A stretch of DNA of 58,896 nucleotides from Lentisphaerota bacterium (GCA_015061565.1 SUWI01000003.1:1-58896), one strand, 5' to 3'. Positions 9,770 through 20,027 are shown, counted from the stretch's first letter. Notes: a model not told the origin generated them from the sequence alone. Translations and numbers: made by a program.

Positions 9770-10753
9770 CTATCTGATGTCTTTGTATTGCCCATGATGC
9801 TGCTGGGAGACATTCTTCAGCAGCTCGGAATGCTGGCCCATGGAAATCGAATGGATCGTCAGTTTCGGAACTTCTTGTTTCAGAAAAGCCGTCAAAGATG
9901 CAGAGTTACAATCCTGAGGCTCACCGTCCGAAAGGAAATAGACGGACTGGATCCCTTCCGCTTTGATAATAGGAATGATAGCTTGCCAGGCACGCATCAT
10001 TTCGGTTCCGCCGCCCGGAGAAAGGGCCTTGACGAAATCAATTGCCTTAGCGACATCCTCCATGGATGAAAACCGGTATCCACGTGCGTTTTGATCGGGG
10101 ACCAAGCTGCAGCCGCTGGAAAAACAGACGATCCGGAAACGATCCGAGGTTTTTCTGGTTTGAGCATGTCGGTCCGCAAGAGTTTTTTCAACTTCTTTTT
10201 TAACCAATTCGAGGCGTGACATGCCGCTGTCGGAAGTGGAAGAAGCCATGGACCCGGAGACATCCAGCAGGAAAATGACCGATCCGGAGGCTTCGACGCC
10301 GAAAAAACCTGTCGAGGTCCCGGAACCGGAAGCATTGCCGGAATCCTTGCCGGCGAGGTTAATCGTTGCGATATTGTCGTTCGATTTATCTTTGCTGGCG
10401 ACGGGAAGTTTTCCGCTGCCGGAAGCATTGACATCCTTCGGTTCATTTTTACCCTGTCTGCTGTTGCTTCTGGCAATTGAAGAACCGGTTTTTTTGGCAG
10501 CTGCAGCTGCCTTGGCGTTGTTTCCGGAGCTGCCCGCGCCCTTGTCCGAACCCAGATCCCCCTGTCCTTTTCCGGAGCCGGAACCATGATCGCCGGAACC
10601 GGTGCCGCTGCCGTACTGTCCTGTACCGTTCCCGGCGCTGCCGGAACCGCCGCCTCCCTCAGGAATGAGCATAAAGCCCAACGCAATGATGACAGTCCAG
10701 AACAGGATAAAAATCAAATAACGGCAGCAGCATTTCTGGTTTTCAGTATTCAT
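9770..10753 (-). CDS. Membrane-anchored VWA domain protein with a Gly/Ser-rich linker
   Basis: N-terminal TM helix, GSG-rich linker and an intact MIDAS (DVSGS, GGT, LSDG). Confidence 0.85.
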   Translation of the reverse strand: MNTENQKCCCRYLIFILFWTVIIALGFMLIPEGGGGSGSAGNGTGQYGSGTGSGDHGSGSGKGQGDLGSDKGAGSSGNNAKAAAAAKKTGSSIARSNSRQGKNEPKDVNASGSGKLPVASKDKSNDNIATINLAGKDSGNASGSGTSTGFFGVEASGSVIFLLDVSGSMASSTSDSGMSRLELVKKEVEKTLADRHAQTRKTSDRFRIVCFSSGCSLVPDQNARGYRFSSMEDVAKAIDFVKALSPGGGTEMMRAWQAIIPIIKAEGIQSVYFLSDGEPQDCNSASLTAFLKQEVPKLTIHSISMGQHSELLKNVSQQHHGQYKDIR

Positions 10754-11678
10754 AGAATTTATCAGCCCGGTTGGCAAATTGGTATGCAAAAAAGTCTCTG
10801 TCATCCGGCTCCATCAGGAAACCGTGAAAGACATTCTGTTTTTTCAGGATTTCGCGCAGCCGGTAAAAATCCGGGGCATCACTCTTGCTGATGACGAATT
10901 CCGGGATCCGGCCGGCCGGCAATCCCTTCATGAAATTCCGGAATTCAGGAGCAAGTTCTTTGCCGGTAAAGATGCTGATGCCTTTTTCCGGGATCGGAGA
11001 ACAGAGAAAAGACCGGTCTTTGACCTGATAAGTCACGGCCGGATTAGGCGTGTAAGATTTCCCGTTGATTTCCGGTCCGACCGGCCAGATTTTTCCGTTG
11101 TTGACAAAAATAAAGTAGGGAATATCTTCTTTTTTGACCATTGTGACGAAAACCAGATTTTTCAGCTGGGCCGAACCGATTTTTTTGTTCAGGTCAGCCA
11201 GAATCGTTTTTTTCTTTTTGACCATGGCAAGAAGACCTTTAAGCTGCTTTTCCGTTTTTTGCTGATCTGCGACGGCTTTCATCGTCTGGACCTCCAGATT
11301 TTTCAGAATGCTGCGGCTTAAGTTCACTTTTTGAAGCGCCATTTTCTGCGAAAGCAGTTTTTCCCGATACATCCGTTCCATCAGGGCGATTTCATGGACG
11401 AGCCGGAGTCGGGGATCGGCTTTCATATTTTCCAATAACTTAGCCTGTTCATCGGTCTTTTTCATCAGTTCGTCGAGTTCATTTTGAAGCTTGGCGGCCT
11501 GCTGCCGGACGACTTCGATATTTTCGTTCTGATCGGGAACGGCATTCTTTTTTTCCAGACCCCGGATCGAGATCATGACGGTGAGCAGGATAGCGATGAA
11601 CATCACCCCGCCGAAAGTATTGCACATGGCGTCCAGCAGCAAATCGAGGCTGGATTCTTCAGAACGGCGCCGGCTCAT
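10743..11678 (-). CDS. ExbD/TolR/MotB-like single-pass protein with coiled coil (copy 2)
   Basis: Basic N-terminus, then a TM segment containing Asp ('SLDLLLDAMCNTFGGVMFIAIL'), a coiled coil and a small alpha/beta C-domain. Confidence 0.65.
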   Translation of the reverse strand: MSRRRSEESSLDLLLDAMCNTFGGVMFIAILLTVMISIRGLEKKNAVPDQNENIEVVRQQAAKLQNELDELMKKTDEQAKLLENMKADPRLRLVHEIALMERMYREKLLSQKMALQKVNLSRSILKNLEVQTMKAVADQQKTEKQLKGLLAMVKKKKTILADLNKKIGSAQLKNLVFVTMVKKEDIPYFIFVNNGKIWPVGPEINGKSYTPNPAVTYQVKDRSFLCSPIPEKGISIFTGKELAPEFRNFMKGLPAGRIPEFVISKSDAPDFYRLREILKKQNVFHGFLMEPDDRDFFAYQFANRADKFYEY

Positions 11679-12517
11679 TTCCGGACCTCCGCAGCAATGA
11701 GGGTCTGTTCATCCGGCAGGATCTCCCGTCCACGCTCGAATCCGGCTTTTTTCAGTGCTTCCGACAATGATTCACCGTAGGAAAAGGCGGAAGGTTTCAG
11801 GAGCAGGACAAAATAAACCCTTTCGGACGGAAAGGAACGGCAAAAAGCGAGGCAATCGGCATAGTTGTCGTTGACCATGGCAAAAGTTTTCCGGGGAAAG
11901 GATTTGTCGATGCTGTTTACGCTGATTTCAGTTCCGCTGCATTCGAGCAGGACAGGCTGTTTGGGATTATTTTTGTTCCAGACAAAACGGATCACGTTCC
12001 TGATCTTGTTAAACTGCTCTTCGCGATGTCTGATCTCATCATTCAACGCCGCGAGCTGTTTCTGCAGTTCGGAACTTCTGGATTGGTTTCTCGCTATGAG
12101 GATCTCGGATTTCTTTTTCCGATCGATCTGTTCTTTCTGAGCTTGCAGGACCAGGGCATTCTCTTCTTCCAGTTTCGGGATCGAATTATCGATCTGCTGC
12201 AATTGCCGGATCCATTTTTCTTTCAGTTCCGGAAGGGTTTCGATCCGGAGTTTCTTCAGCTCTTCGATGCGCCGGTTCTGTTCCGCCGCCTGCCGGCGGA
12301 GCTGCATCAGAACCTCCCGGATCTGTTTCATCTCTTTTTTGAGCGCCGTGAGTTCCGCCTGAATTTCCCGGTTTTTCTGCTGAACTTTCATGGGACCCTG
12401 CTGCAGGACCATCAGCACCAGCATGATGACGACCAGGAACATGATCCCGGTAATGCTGGTGATGATATCCTGAAAACTGAAAAAAGAAACTGCAGCAGAG
12501 TTGTCTTTGGAAGCCAT
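11675..12517 (-). CDS. ExbD/TolR/MotB-like single-pass protein with coiled coil (copy 1)
   Basis: TM segment 'FFSFQDIITSITGIMFLVVIML' with Asp at the stator-B position, followed by a long coiled coil. Lies directly after the ExbB-like gene. Confidence 0.7.
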   Translation of the reverse strand: MASKDNSAAVSFFSFQDIITSITGIMFLVVIMLVLMVLQQGPMKVQQKNREIQAELTALKKEMKQIREVLMQLRRQAAEQNRRIEELKKLRIETLPELKEKWIRQLQQIDNSIPKLEEENALVLQAQKEQIDRKKKSEILIARNQSRSSELQKQLAALNDEIRHREEQFNKIRNVIRFVWNKNNPKQPVLLECSGTEISVNSIDKSFPRKTFAMVNDNYADCLAFCRSFPSERVYFVLLLKPSAFSYGESLSEALKKAGFERGREILPDEQTLIAAEVRK

Positions 12518-12523
12518 AAAAAC

Positions 12524-13390
12524 TCAATCCCCGTCATCCTGAGCCAAATCAACACTTTTGATCCTGCTGATCAGATAGCGATGGCAATAATCGGAACACT
12601 CATCGAGGAAAAGTTCCTCCCGGTTGAGGACCCAGGTCATCAGCAGCTGGATGATCAAAGCCATGACCAGGGCGATCAAAGTGGTTTCAAAAGCGATGGA
12701 AAGGCCGCCGGTCACGTCGCCCAAGGCGGCGATCAGTTCCTGGGGATTGCCGGCGCCCTTGTCGATCACGGTACCGAAATTGCCGATCGCCTTGGCCAGC
12801 CCCAGCACGGTTCCGATAAAACCCAGCACGGGAATTGCCCAGATAAAACCTTTCAGGACCGTATAACTGCCGCTCAGATATTCGTCATCGTTCCTGGCCT
12901 GCGTATTGAGACATTCGGCGACGGCACTGACATTGCCGAGATTCTTCAAATTGACCAGGGCACGCTGGATCCGGTCAAGGAGGACAAAATCTTTCGGATT
13001 GCTGACCAGCAGGTTGATTTTTTCCAGGATGAGTCGGGCACTGGCACAGGTCAGCACAAAATTGCGGTCGTCCGGCAGCAAACTGAGTTCCAGCGCCTTA
13101 CGCTGGACATGAAGTTTCTGGATTTTGATCAGCAATATCGACAGTGCCCAGCTCCCCAGGAAAACGGTGAAATAGGGAATGGAAGACCGGTCTTTTTCGC
13201 CCCCGTGAAAAAACATATCCACGGCCCAGTGCTGTCCGCGGAAAAAGCTCAGGCTCAAATAAAACAGGGAAAAAATCACCACTCCTCCCAGAAAAGAAAA
13301 AAGGGAGTTGACATCCGTGAATTTTTTGCTTTTGAACCCGCAGATGCATTCGATATCGCTCAATTTTCGGGAAATCTGTTTCTGCTGCAT
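12524..13390 (-). CDS. MotA/TolQ/ExbB proton channel family protein
   Basis: 'AIPVLGFIGTVLGL' and 'GLSIAFETTLIAL' signature helices plus two N-terminal TMs. Alternative start at 13411. Confidence 0.92.
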   Translation of the reverse strand: MQQKQISRKLSDIECICGFKSKKFTDVNSLFSFLGGVVIFSLFYLSLSFFRGQHWAVDMFFHGGEKDRSSIPYFTVFLGSWALSILLIKIQKLHVQRKALELSLLPDDRNFVLTCASARLILEKINLLVSNPKDFVLLDRIQRALVNLKNLGNVSAVAECLNTQARNDDEYLSGSYTVLKGFIWAIPVLGFIGTVLGLAKAIGNFGTVIDKGAGNPQELIAALGDVTGGLSIAFETTLIALVMALIIQLLMTWVLNREELFLDECSDYCHRYLISRIKSVDLAQDDGD

Positions 13391-13407
13391 AAAACATCCT
13401 TTCATTT

Positions 13408-14355
13408 TCATATCAAAGTTTTAAATGAGTAAATAACCGAAATCAGGACTGGATTGAGAAAAAAGACGAGGGTGAACACGGGACCTTTCCAGGATCGTCC
13501 TCCGGCTTCCAGATAGTCGCGCAGCTGCATGGCGCAGCTGCACAGGGCCAGCGTATCGATGAAAACCAGAACGGCCTGCACCCAGACATGCTGAATGCCG
13601 TGAGCCAAAGCCAGAAAACAGCAGGCCAGAGTGCCGTAATTCATAAAAAGGCCGGCTGCGCAAATCTTCCATGACGATGAAATTTTATGTCCTGCGTCAG
13701 CACAACGTTTGGCGGCCAGCAGTCCGGTCAACCCGGCAACCGCCCCCAGTATGGACAGAAGACTCAGCCCCATCAGCGGAGATAAAAAGCAGTCGAACCG
13801 CTGACTGTAATACTTGCCGAACAGCAGAATGATGCCTGCGCCCAGAAGAAAATGGATCAAGGCGGCGATACTGTAATACCGGCCGGATTTGCCGGCATGG
13901 TCATGCAGTATTTCCTGAAAATCCCAGGGAAGCGCAATGGTCCTGCCGATATCCGCGATCAACTCACGCAAAGGGGATGATGCGGCCGGCGTCGGCTCAT
14001 CCTCAGACGGTTGAAACTGCAGCGTTCCCGACAGAGAAATTACCGGAGAAGCGACCGTGCCGGCCGGGTCGGGAGAAATAATGCTGCGGCTGGCAGGATC
14101 CCCGTTTTTTCCGGATCGGTCAGGAGCCGGAACGTGCGGCGGCTCCTCCGGGTTCAGGGCGATGGGCTTTCCCGGCGATAAAGCCGGGAAAAGGATGCTG
14201 ATATAGTTCCATTGGCGTTTGTCTCCGGAAACCATATCATCGCAAGTCAAGGTCCCGCGGTTGAACATGGCGGTCAACCTGAGCATGGAATAAGGTCCGG
14301 TGATTCGGCCCGCATGCCGGAGATAATATCTTTTTCCCGCAGTACTTGACATCAT
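13408..14355 (-). CDS. GYF_2 (DUF4339)-like domain protein with a Pro-rich linker and ~5 C-terminal TM helices
   Basis: 'YYLRHAGRITGPYSMLRLTAMFNRGTL..DDMVS....W', followed by a hydrophobic C-terminal half. Confidence 0.75.
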   Translation of the reverse strand: MMSSTAGKRYYLRHAGRITGPYSMLRLTAMFNRGTLTCDDMVSGDKRQWNYISILFPALSPGKPIALNPEEPPHVPAPDRSGKNGDPASRSIISPDPAGTVASPVISLSGTLQFQPSEDEPTPAASSPLRELIADIGRTIALPWDFQEILHDHAGKSGRYYSIAALIHFLLGAGIILLFGKYYSQRFDCFLSPLMGLSLLSILGAVAGLTGLLAAKRCADAGHKISSSWKICAAGLFMNYGTLACCFLALAHGIQHVWVQAVLVFIDTLALCSCAMQLRDYLEAGGRSWKGPVFTLVFFLNPVLISVIYSFKTLI

Positions 14356-14367
14356 ATCCCAGACTCC

Positions 14368-17300
14368 TTACAGCACCAGATCCGCAGGAAGGACAGCCGG
14401 TCTGACCTTCAGTTCGATATTCAGGCGCTGTGCCTCTTCCCGCCATTTCCGCAAAAATTCTCCCGTGCTCTGATTGTCTCCGTAACACCAGATCACCTGT
14501 CCGGCGAAAAGCCGTTTTTTCCACTTGTCATCTCTCGGGACTTCTCCCTTCCAGACTTTTTTCGGCAGGACGAAGACGGCATTATTCTCCAGAACAAGTC
14601 CCTCAACGGGGAGCTTGCAATCTTTGAAAAGATGGATCTTGACTTTGTTCTGTTCTGATTTCTGGACCACGCCGACCGGAATCAGAAGACGTGCATGCGC
14701 CTTGCAGATAAATCTGTCCCGGATTTCTCCGGCCTCCAGGAGCCGATTCAAATTTTCAAGAGTCCATTTCCGGTCGAATTGTCGTTTTTCCTCGCCGTAT
14801 TCGGCAGCGGCCTGCGGCGCCCGCCAGTTGCGTTGGGGAGTTTGCTTCAGTTCTTCCAAAGCAGCCGACAATTCCGGGTACAGGAGCGGTGAAGTATCAT
14901 ACAGTTCCTGCAGAAATTGCAGGAGCAGTGTTTTTTTCAGGTAGATATTTTCCACATTGCCTTTCTGGCAAATGAATCTCAAGGCCCCCTTCAGATTGGA
15001 AATCAGACCAGGACCATCGCCGTTCAAAGCATTATATTTCGAAGACAGGACCTGTCCCGGCCAGAAAGGCAGGCCGTCCTTGGGCAGGGGTGGTTTCTGC
15101 TGTCCATTCAGCGAAATAAAACCTTTGGGCAGTTCATACGGCAGATTCGGATGCCGGGTCGTGATCAGATAGGGCATCTCCGGATTTTTTTCATTGAATG
15201 AAATGATGAAACGGCTGTTTGTCTCATTGTCCACAGGAATGGGGACGAAGATTATATTGATCCGGCGGGGATGGCGCAAATATTCAACCTGTCCGTCCTT
15301 TTCATGGAAATAAAAATAAAACGGTCTGCGGTCCTTGTCGGCAAAGATGATTTCCTTTAGATCCTTATCCGTTTGAAGATCCTGGAAAAACTGGTCGAAA
15401 TTCTTGCTGCGTTCCATTTTGGGGCGGAATACACCCACATCGGTTTTGAAAAGGCCATCCGAGAAACCATTATTATCAGGAAATCCTTCCAGTCTTTCCG
15501 GGAAGTTTTTTTCGTAATTGTCCCGCTCATCCTTCCAGTTTTTGCAGAGGCGGAGCGGCAGGGAATAACGGATGGCCAAGTCGGGATGTTTATAACGGAT
15601 CTTTTCCAGATCCCGGATGAAATCATCAAAAGAAACCGGCGAATTGACCAGTCGGAAGGCATTCTCATTTTCCCAAGTCAATTCGAAACGTGTTTTGGAG
15701 GCCTGGTATTTTTTCTTTTCCTCGTCTTTCATAGACGGTATGATATAGCTGTAACGGCTGCTTTTCAGTTTCTCATCGAAATCATTTTGGCTTACCGCCA
15801 GGAGTGTTCTGAGGTCATTGAGTTTTTTCTGCGGGTCGCGGATCTGTTTGATCAGTTCTTCGACCTCGCCGCATTTTTTCCTGCAGAAAGCCAGAAACTC
15901 AGTTTCCCTCTGTTTTTTCAGTTCAGTGCGTTTCTGGATGATCTTAGTCTCCAAGCGGGTGAACTGATCCAGAGATTCTTTGCTCAGCAGTTCTTTGTCT
16001 TTCAATTTTTCTGCTTGCGACATGGCCAGATCCAACTGCCGGGCGTTATCGAGGATATCAGTTCCCGCCAGCCGCTCGATTTGCTGCAGCAGGCGCTTGA
16101 ATTCTTCCTCTTTCATTTTCTGATGATTGAGCATCTCCTCCTTCTGCTGTCTGGCAGCGGTATGGATCCGGATGATCTGGGGATCGGCTGCAACCTTCGA
16201 CGAGGCGGCCTTCAGTCCCCCATAAATCTTGATGACCTCGTCATACTTCCTGTTATCCAGAAGATCCTGCATATTGGCCAGGTTGCGTTTCACTGCAAGA
16301 TAGTGCTGCATATACCATATGGAAAAACCGATGGCGAGAGTCAGCAATACCGCGCCGCAAATGCCGTAGATACACCAGCGGACATGCCGCAAATGCTCCA
16401 GACGGTTATATTCCTCTTCAAGAGCTTTCAGCCGGTCGTCAAGGGCGGTCGGGATCAGATTGTCCATCAACTGCAGCTGGTTGTAATCACCAGCCACCTC
16501 GGAAAACGGCGCATTGTCTGCCAGTTTCTGTTCGATTTTCAGGATCAGTTCCTGACAAATCCGGTCATTCTTCCTCGTTTCGGCTTCCTGTTCAAGAAAC
16601 GATTCGATATCGGCGGCAGTCTGCCTTTGTTCATCGGACAGATTGATCACCGGGCTGGAGCAGAACATTTTCCATTTTTCAAATTCTTTTTCCAAACGGT
16701 CAATATCGCGTGCCTGGTAGCATTCCTGAAGCTGCGCCAGTTTGCTTTCGATCTCTTTGTTCAGTTTGGCCTGCTGCAGGGGCCGCAGTTTCTGCCGGAT
16801 AGCCGATTTAAGTTCCTCCTTGGGCGGGATCAGCCAATCCGGAGCCATGACTTCGCGGCACAGTTCCTCCAATCTGCTGCAGCAGTCCGAATATCCATCG
16901 ATTTCTTCGAGGTCATGTTCGATTTCCTGACAGCGGGAACGCTCCGCAGTGATCAGGTCATTGCGCCAGCGGGGGGAATTGGGCAGTTTCTGCAATATCT
17001 GGCGCAGCAGAGTGATACGCTGCAGCATGCTCCCGTTTCTGGCGATTTTCCGGTAATCCTGAAATAATGCGTGAAGACGTTTCTCTCCCGTGGAGATCGG
17101 GGCAATCAGCTGCTGGAGCAGCTGTTCATCGGGAAAAACCGGTGTTTCCAGGCCATATTCCTTGCAGATGGCAAAAAAGTCATTGGCCTTGAAATAAGCA
17201 AGCAGCTCTGCTTTCCGGGTCAGCGGCGGATCGAAAGAAAGGTTCAATTCCCGCGCAGCCTGGATGGAACCGTTTTCTATCAGCGTGCGGCACTGCTCCA

Positions 17301-17433
17301 AATTGGTATTCAATTCTTTGAAAGCCAGCAGACACGCCTTGTGCAGCTGGCGCAGATGCACACTGTCGGATAAATCGCCGCCTGCAATCAGCAGTTTTAT
17401 GCTTTCAACCGTATTTTCAACAGTATTACCCAT
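14368..17433 (-). CDS. Large (1021 aa) helical/coiled-coil single-pass membrane protein
   Basis: Long ORF with a central TM 'WCIYGICGAVLLTLAIGFSIWY'. Overlaps the upstream gene by 8 bp. Confidence 0.8.
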   Translation of the reverse strand: MGNTVENTVESIKLLIAGGDLSDSVHLRQLHKACLLAFKELNTNLEQCRTLIENGSIQAARELNLSFDPPLTRKAELLAYFKANDFFAICKEYGLETPVFPDEQLLQQLIAPISTGEKRLHALFQDYRKIARNGSMLQRITLLRQILQKLPNSPRWRNDLITAERSRCQEIEHDLEEIDGYSDCCSRLEELCREVMAPDWLIPPKEELKSAIRQKLRPLQQAKLNKEIESKLAQLQECYQARDIDRLEKEFEKWKMFCSSPVINLSDEQRQTAADIESFLEQEAETRKNDRICQELILKIEQKLADNAPFSEVAGDYNQLQLMDNLIPTALDDRLKALEEEYNRLEHLRHVRWCIYGICGAVLLTLAIGFSIWYMQHYLAVKRNLANMQDLLDNRKYDEVIKIYGGLKAASSKVAADPQIIRIHTAARQQKEEMLNHQKMKEEEFKRLLQQIERLAGTDILDNARQLDLAMSQAEKLKDKELLSKESLDQFTRLETKIIQKRTELKKQRETEFLAFCRKKCGEVEELIKQIRDPQKKLNDLRTLLAVSQNDFDEKLKSSRYSYIIPSMKDEEKKKYQASKTRFELTWENENAFRLVNSPVSFDDFIRDLEKIRYKHPDLAIRYSLPLRLCKNWKDERDNYEKNFPERLEGFPDNNGFSDGLFKTDVGVFRPKMERSKNFDQFFQDLQTDKDLKEIIFADKDRRPFYFYFHEKDGQVEYLRHPRRINIIFVPIPVDNETNSRFIISFNEKNPEMPYLITTRHPNLPYELPKGFISLNGQQKPPLPKDGLPFWPGQVLSSKYNALNGDGPGLISNLKGALRFICQKGNVENIYLKKTLLLQFLQELYDTSPLLYPELSAALEELKQTPQRNWRAPQAAAEYGEEKRQFDRKWTLENLNRLLEAGEIRDRFICKAHARLLIPVGVVQKSEQNKVKIHLFKDCKLPVEGLVLENNAVFVLPKKVWKGEVPRDDKWKKRLFAGQVIWCYGDNQSTGEFLRKWREEAQRLNIELKVRPAVLPADLVL

Positions 17434-20011
17434 TGACGTTTCTCCGGATTATTTTAACTTTTCTATTTTTCAGATCTTCCAGCCGTTCCTGTTCTGGAAT
17501 TTGCCTGTATATGCCAATGACATCCTCCAAACGCCGAGGTTCTTTGTTTTCCAAAATATGCTTGACTTTACGGAATAAAACTGGTGAACTTTTTTGCAGA
17601 ATCTCAATCAAATCACGGTTTTTCTTTTGAAACTCTTTACGGCTGATTTCATAATTTTTCCGGAGCTCAGCCAGTTGTTTCCGACAGCTGCTGCAAGCCT
17701 GGTATTTCTCTCTGAAATCATTATAGTCCCGAAGTATTTTCAGAGACATTTTATCCAGCTTTTCCTTCTTGGTCTCCGTCTGCAATATTTGCCTGATCCC
17801 ATCGATATGCAGCTTCCAGGCTTTTTCATCATCCAGCGGAGCGAGCCGTTTGGTTTCCTCCCATTTCGACTTGAGCTTTTCCTTTATTTGCGGCGGTGCT
17901 TCAATTACCAGTTCGGGTTCTTTCAGCTGCTGCCGGTTCTCGGTCTTGAATCTCTCTTCCTCTTTTTCCAGATTCACTAATTTATCCAGGGATTTATTCC
18001 GTTCTTCGGTCTTTCTGCTCAAAGGTGACTGGGATAATGTATGTAAAAGAATATCTCTTTGATCTATTTTGCCCAAACTGCGGTTATTGTTCGAAATCGT
18101 ATAAAATTCCCTGAATGTCCACAGATTATCTGAAACATGCAGATAAAACCAGAAATTATCCATCTCATCTTTTATTTCGATTTTGATTTCCTTGTTCAGT
18201 ATCCTTTCAATACATTCGGGGAGATTACCGGTATCGAAAGTAAAGCTCTCCCCCTTCTTTGATATGAATTCGATCTGGGAGATATCTTCTTTATGAGGGA
18301 CATTATTGCCCTTTTTCGAGGGCGGCTGGATGGTCAGGACACCGTCGGACAGTTGGATGATCATCTGGCCGGCTGGATCTTTATCCGGCAGCCGGTTCTG
18401 CTTGATTCCCGAAGTATCGACTCGGGATGAATAAACTGTAACGGATTTACCCGGGCTGGAAATGAAATCTTCCGGATTTTTAATATCTAACCCGCCAATG
18501 GAATGAAGGCTCAGTTCCATTTTTGCCGAATCCCGCAAAGCCATCGGCAATTTGATTCGTTTGCCGGAATAAAAACCGAGGTACAATTCAAAATAATCGC
18601 GGTCCGAGAGCCGGCCGAATTTTACTTTTGGAACTGCGGTATCCTTTTTTTGCGGCAATGCAGCTGCCGGTTTGGGATCCCTCAATTTGCGAGGCTGTTC
18701 ATGGAGAGGCTTTTCACGGGATTTCTTCGGTTTTTGCCGGGTTTCCGGCTGGGCTGTTCCCGATATGGGCGGAACACCGGCGGAGACCTTGCCGTCGGGG
18801 TGTTTTTTCCCTGCCTCAGCATTTTTCTCCGCCCTGATGCCTGCAGCCGGATTTGTTATTTCAACAATGTCCTCAGAACATCCATTATGATCATGCGGGT
18901 TTTCCGGTGGCAGATTTCCCGTAAAGATCCGCCAGGCCACCGCGGAAATCAAACCCAGGATCGCAGCACAGATAACCGTCAGTATCAGGATTTTTTTGAT
19001 TTTCTGACTGGACTGTTTTGCGTCAGGCGGGTTACTTTCCTCCTTAGCCTGCATCTCAGTTCGATCGATTGGATCCAGCCGTACCTGATCATGATCCGAA
19101 TCGGCGGCTTTTCCGTTCGGCTGCGGGTCCGTGATATCTTCGATCCGGGGGTCGGAAGGATCGGATGCCTCATCGGCGGCCTGGTTCTCCCGTTCCGGCA
19201 GGATTTCTTTCTCTTCCTGCCGAGACACTTTTGCCTGCCAGGAGGGGGGCAGGGGATTGCCGGTTCCCAGATAAATGACAGATTCCGGATCAAGCCGTTT
19301 GATGCTGCCCAGCTGGACCGAGTCTTTTACATAAGCACGTAAAAACAGCGGATTCGTCATCCGTGAAGAATAACAATACGTGGAAAAGGTGAAATGACGC
19401 AAATCCTCCTTGCTCATCCAAACTGCCATTTCCGCCGCCAGATCCAGCATATCGGCGCCGTTATGCTGAAGCGGGTCGAAGGAAAATGCAAACCCCTTTT
19501 CCGGATTGGAATGGAAACGATCTGCCAAATACTGGCCCCACCGGGGATCGCCGGCCAGTTTTTGCCACATGCTGCCTCCTTGCGGCAAAGGCCGGTGACA
19601 GACCTTTTCCTTCAGGGGAAGCAGCCGGGGTTCACCGCTCCACGGCGGAAAATTCTCCTCCGCCCGTAAAACCGAGACTGCTCCGCCCGGGATATCATCC
19701 AGTTCATCCGGCAAAAAGAGCAGATGATGGGCGATCACATTGCTCCTTCCGGTATAACTCAGTCCGGCATACGATATCCTGCTCAAAACCAGGTATGACG
19801 TCCGGCCCAGACGGAGCAGCTGACATGTAAAATTTACCGGATTGCTGTTTTCATGCTCCGTCCCCGGCGCAAAAAAGGGTTTATATCCGCTCAGATTTTC
19901 AACCGGAGCGATCAGATTCGGCGGAAATCCTTTCGTAAGAGCCACCGTGGTAAAACCGGACCGTCCGGTTATCAATCCGGTCGGGGTAGACGTATATACC
20001 AGCTCAAACAT
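17426..20011 (-). CDS. GAP1-N2-like (GTPase-associated protein 1) domain protein with a TM and large C-terminal region
   Basis: N-terminus 'ELVYTSTPTGLITGRSGFTTVA...VLSRISYAGLSYTGRSNVIAHH' and middle 'FTFSTY', as recalled for GAP1-N2/GAP1-M proteins. Directly follows a GTPase. AGGAG RBS. Confidence 0.75.
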   Translation of the reverse strand: MFELVYTSTPTGLITGRSGFTTVALTKGFPPNLIAPVENLSGYKPFFAPGTEHENSNPVNFTCQLLRLGRTSYLVLSRISYAGLSYTGRSNVIAHHLLFLPDELDDIPGGAVSVLRAEENFPPWSGEPRLLPLKEKVCHRPLPQGGSMWQKLAGDPRWGQYLADRFHSNPEKGFAFSFDPLQHNGADMLDLAAEMAVWMSKEDLRHFTFSTYCYSSRMTNPLFLRAYVKDSVQLGSIKRLDPESVIYLGTGNPLPPSWQAKVSRQEEKEILPERENQAADEASDPSDPRIEDITDPQPNGKAADSDHDQVRLDPIDRTEMQAKEESNPPDAKQSSQKIKKILILTVICAAILGLISAVAWRIFTGNLPPENPHDHNGCSEDIVEITNPAAGIRAEKNAEAGKKHPDGKVSAGVPPISGTAQPETRQKPKKSREKPLHEQPRKLRDPKPAAALPQKKDTAVPKVKFGRLSDRDYFELYLGFYSGKRIKLPMALRDSAKMELSLHSIGGLDIKNPEDFISSPGKSVTVYSSRVDTSGIKQNRLPDKDPAGQMIIQLSDGVLTIQPPSKKGNNVPHKEDISQIEFISKKGESFTFDTGNLPECIERILNKEIKIEIKDEMDNFWFYLHVSDNLWTFREFYTISNNNRSLGKIDQRDILLHTLSQSPLSRKTEERNKSLDKLVNLEKEEERFKTENRQQLKEPELVIEAPPQIKEKLKSKWEETKRLAPLDDEKAWKLHIDGIRQILQTETKKEKLDKMSLKILRDYNDFREKYQACSSCRKQLAELRKNYEISRKEFQKKNRDLIEILQKSSPVLFRKVKHILENKEPRRLEDVIGIYRQIPEQERLEDLKNRKVKIIRRNVNG

Positions 20012-20027
20012 GCGATGGCATCTCCTG

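Noticed and set aside
10743-13390. Calling the motor genes canonical Zorya, Tol-Pal, TonB-ExbBD or flagellar MotAB
   Set aside because: There is no long ZorA tail, no OmpA domain, no ZorC/D/E, and no TolB/Pal, TonB receptor or flagellar genes.
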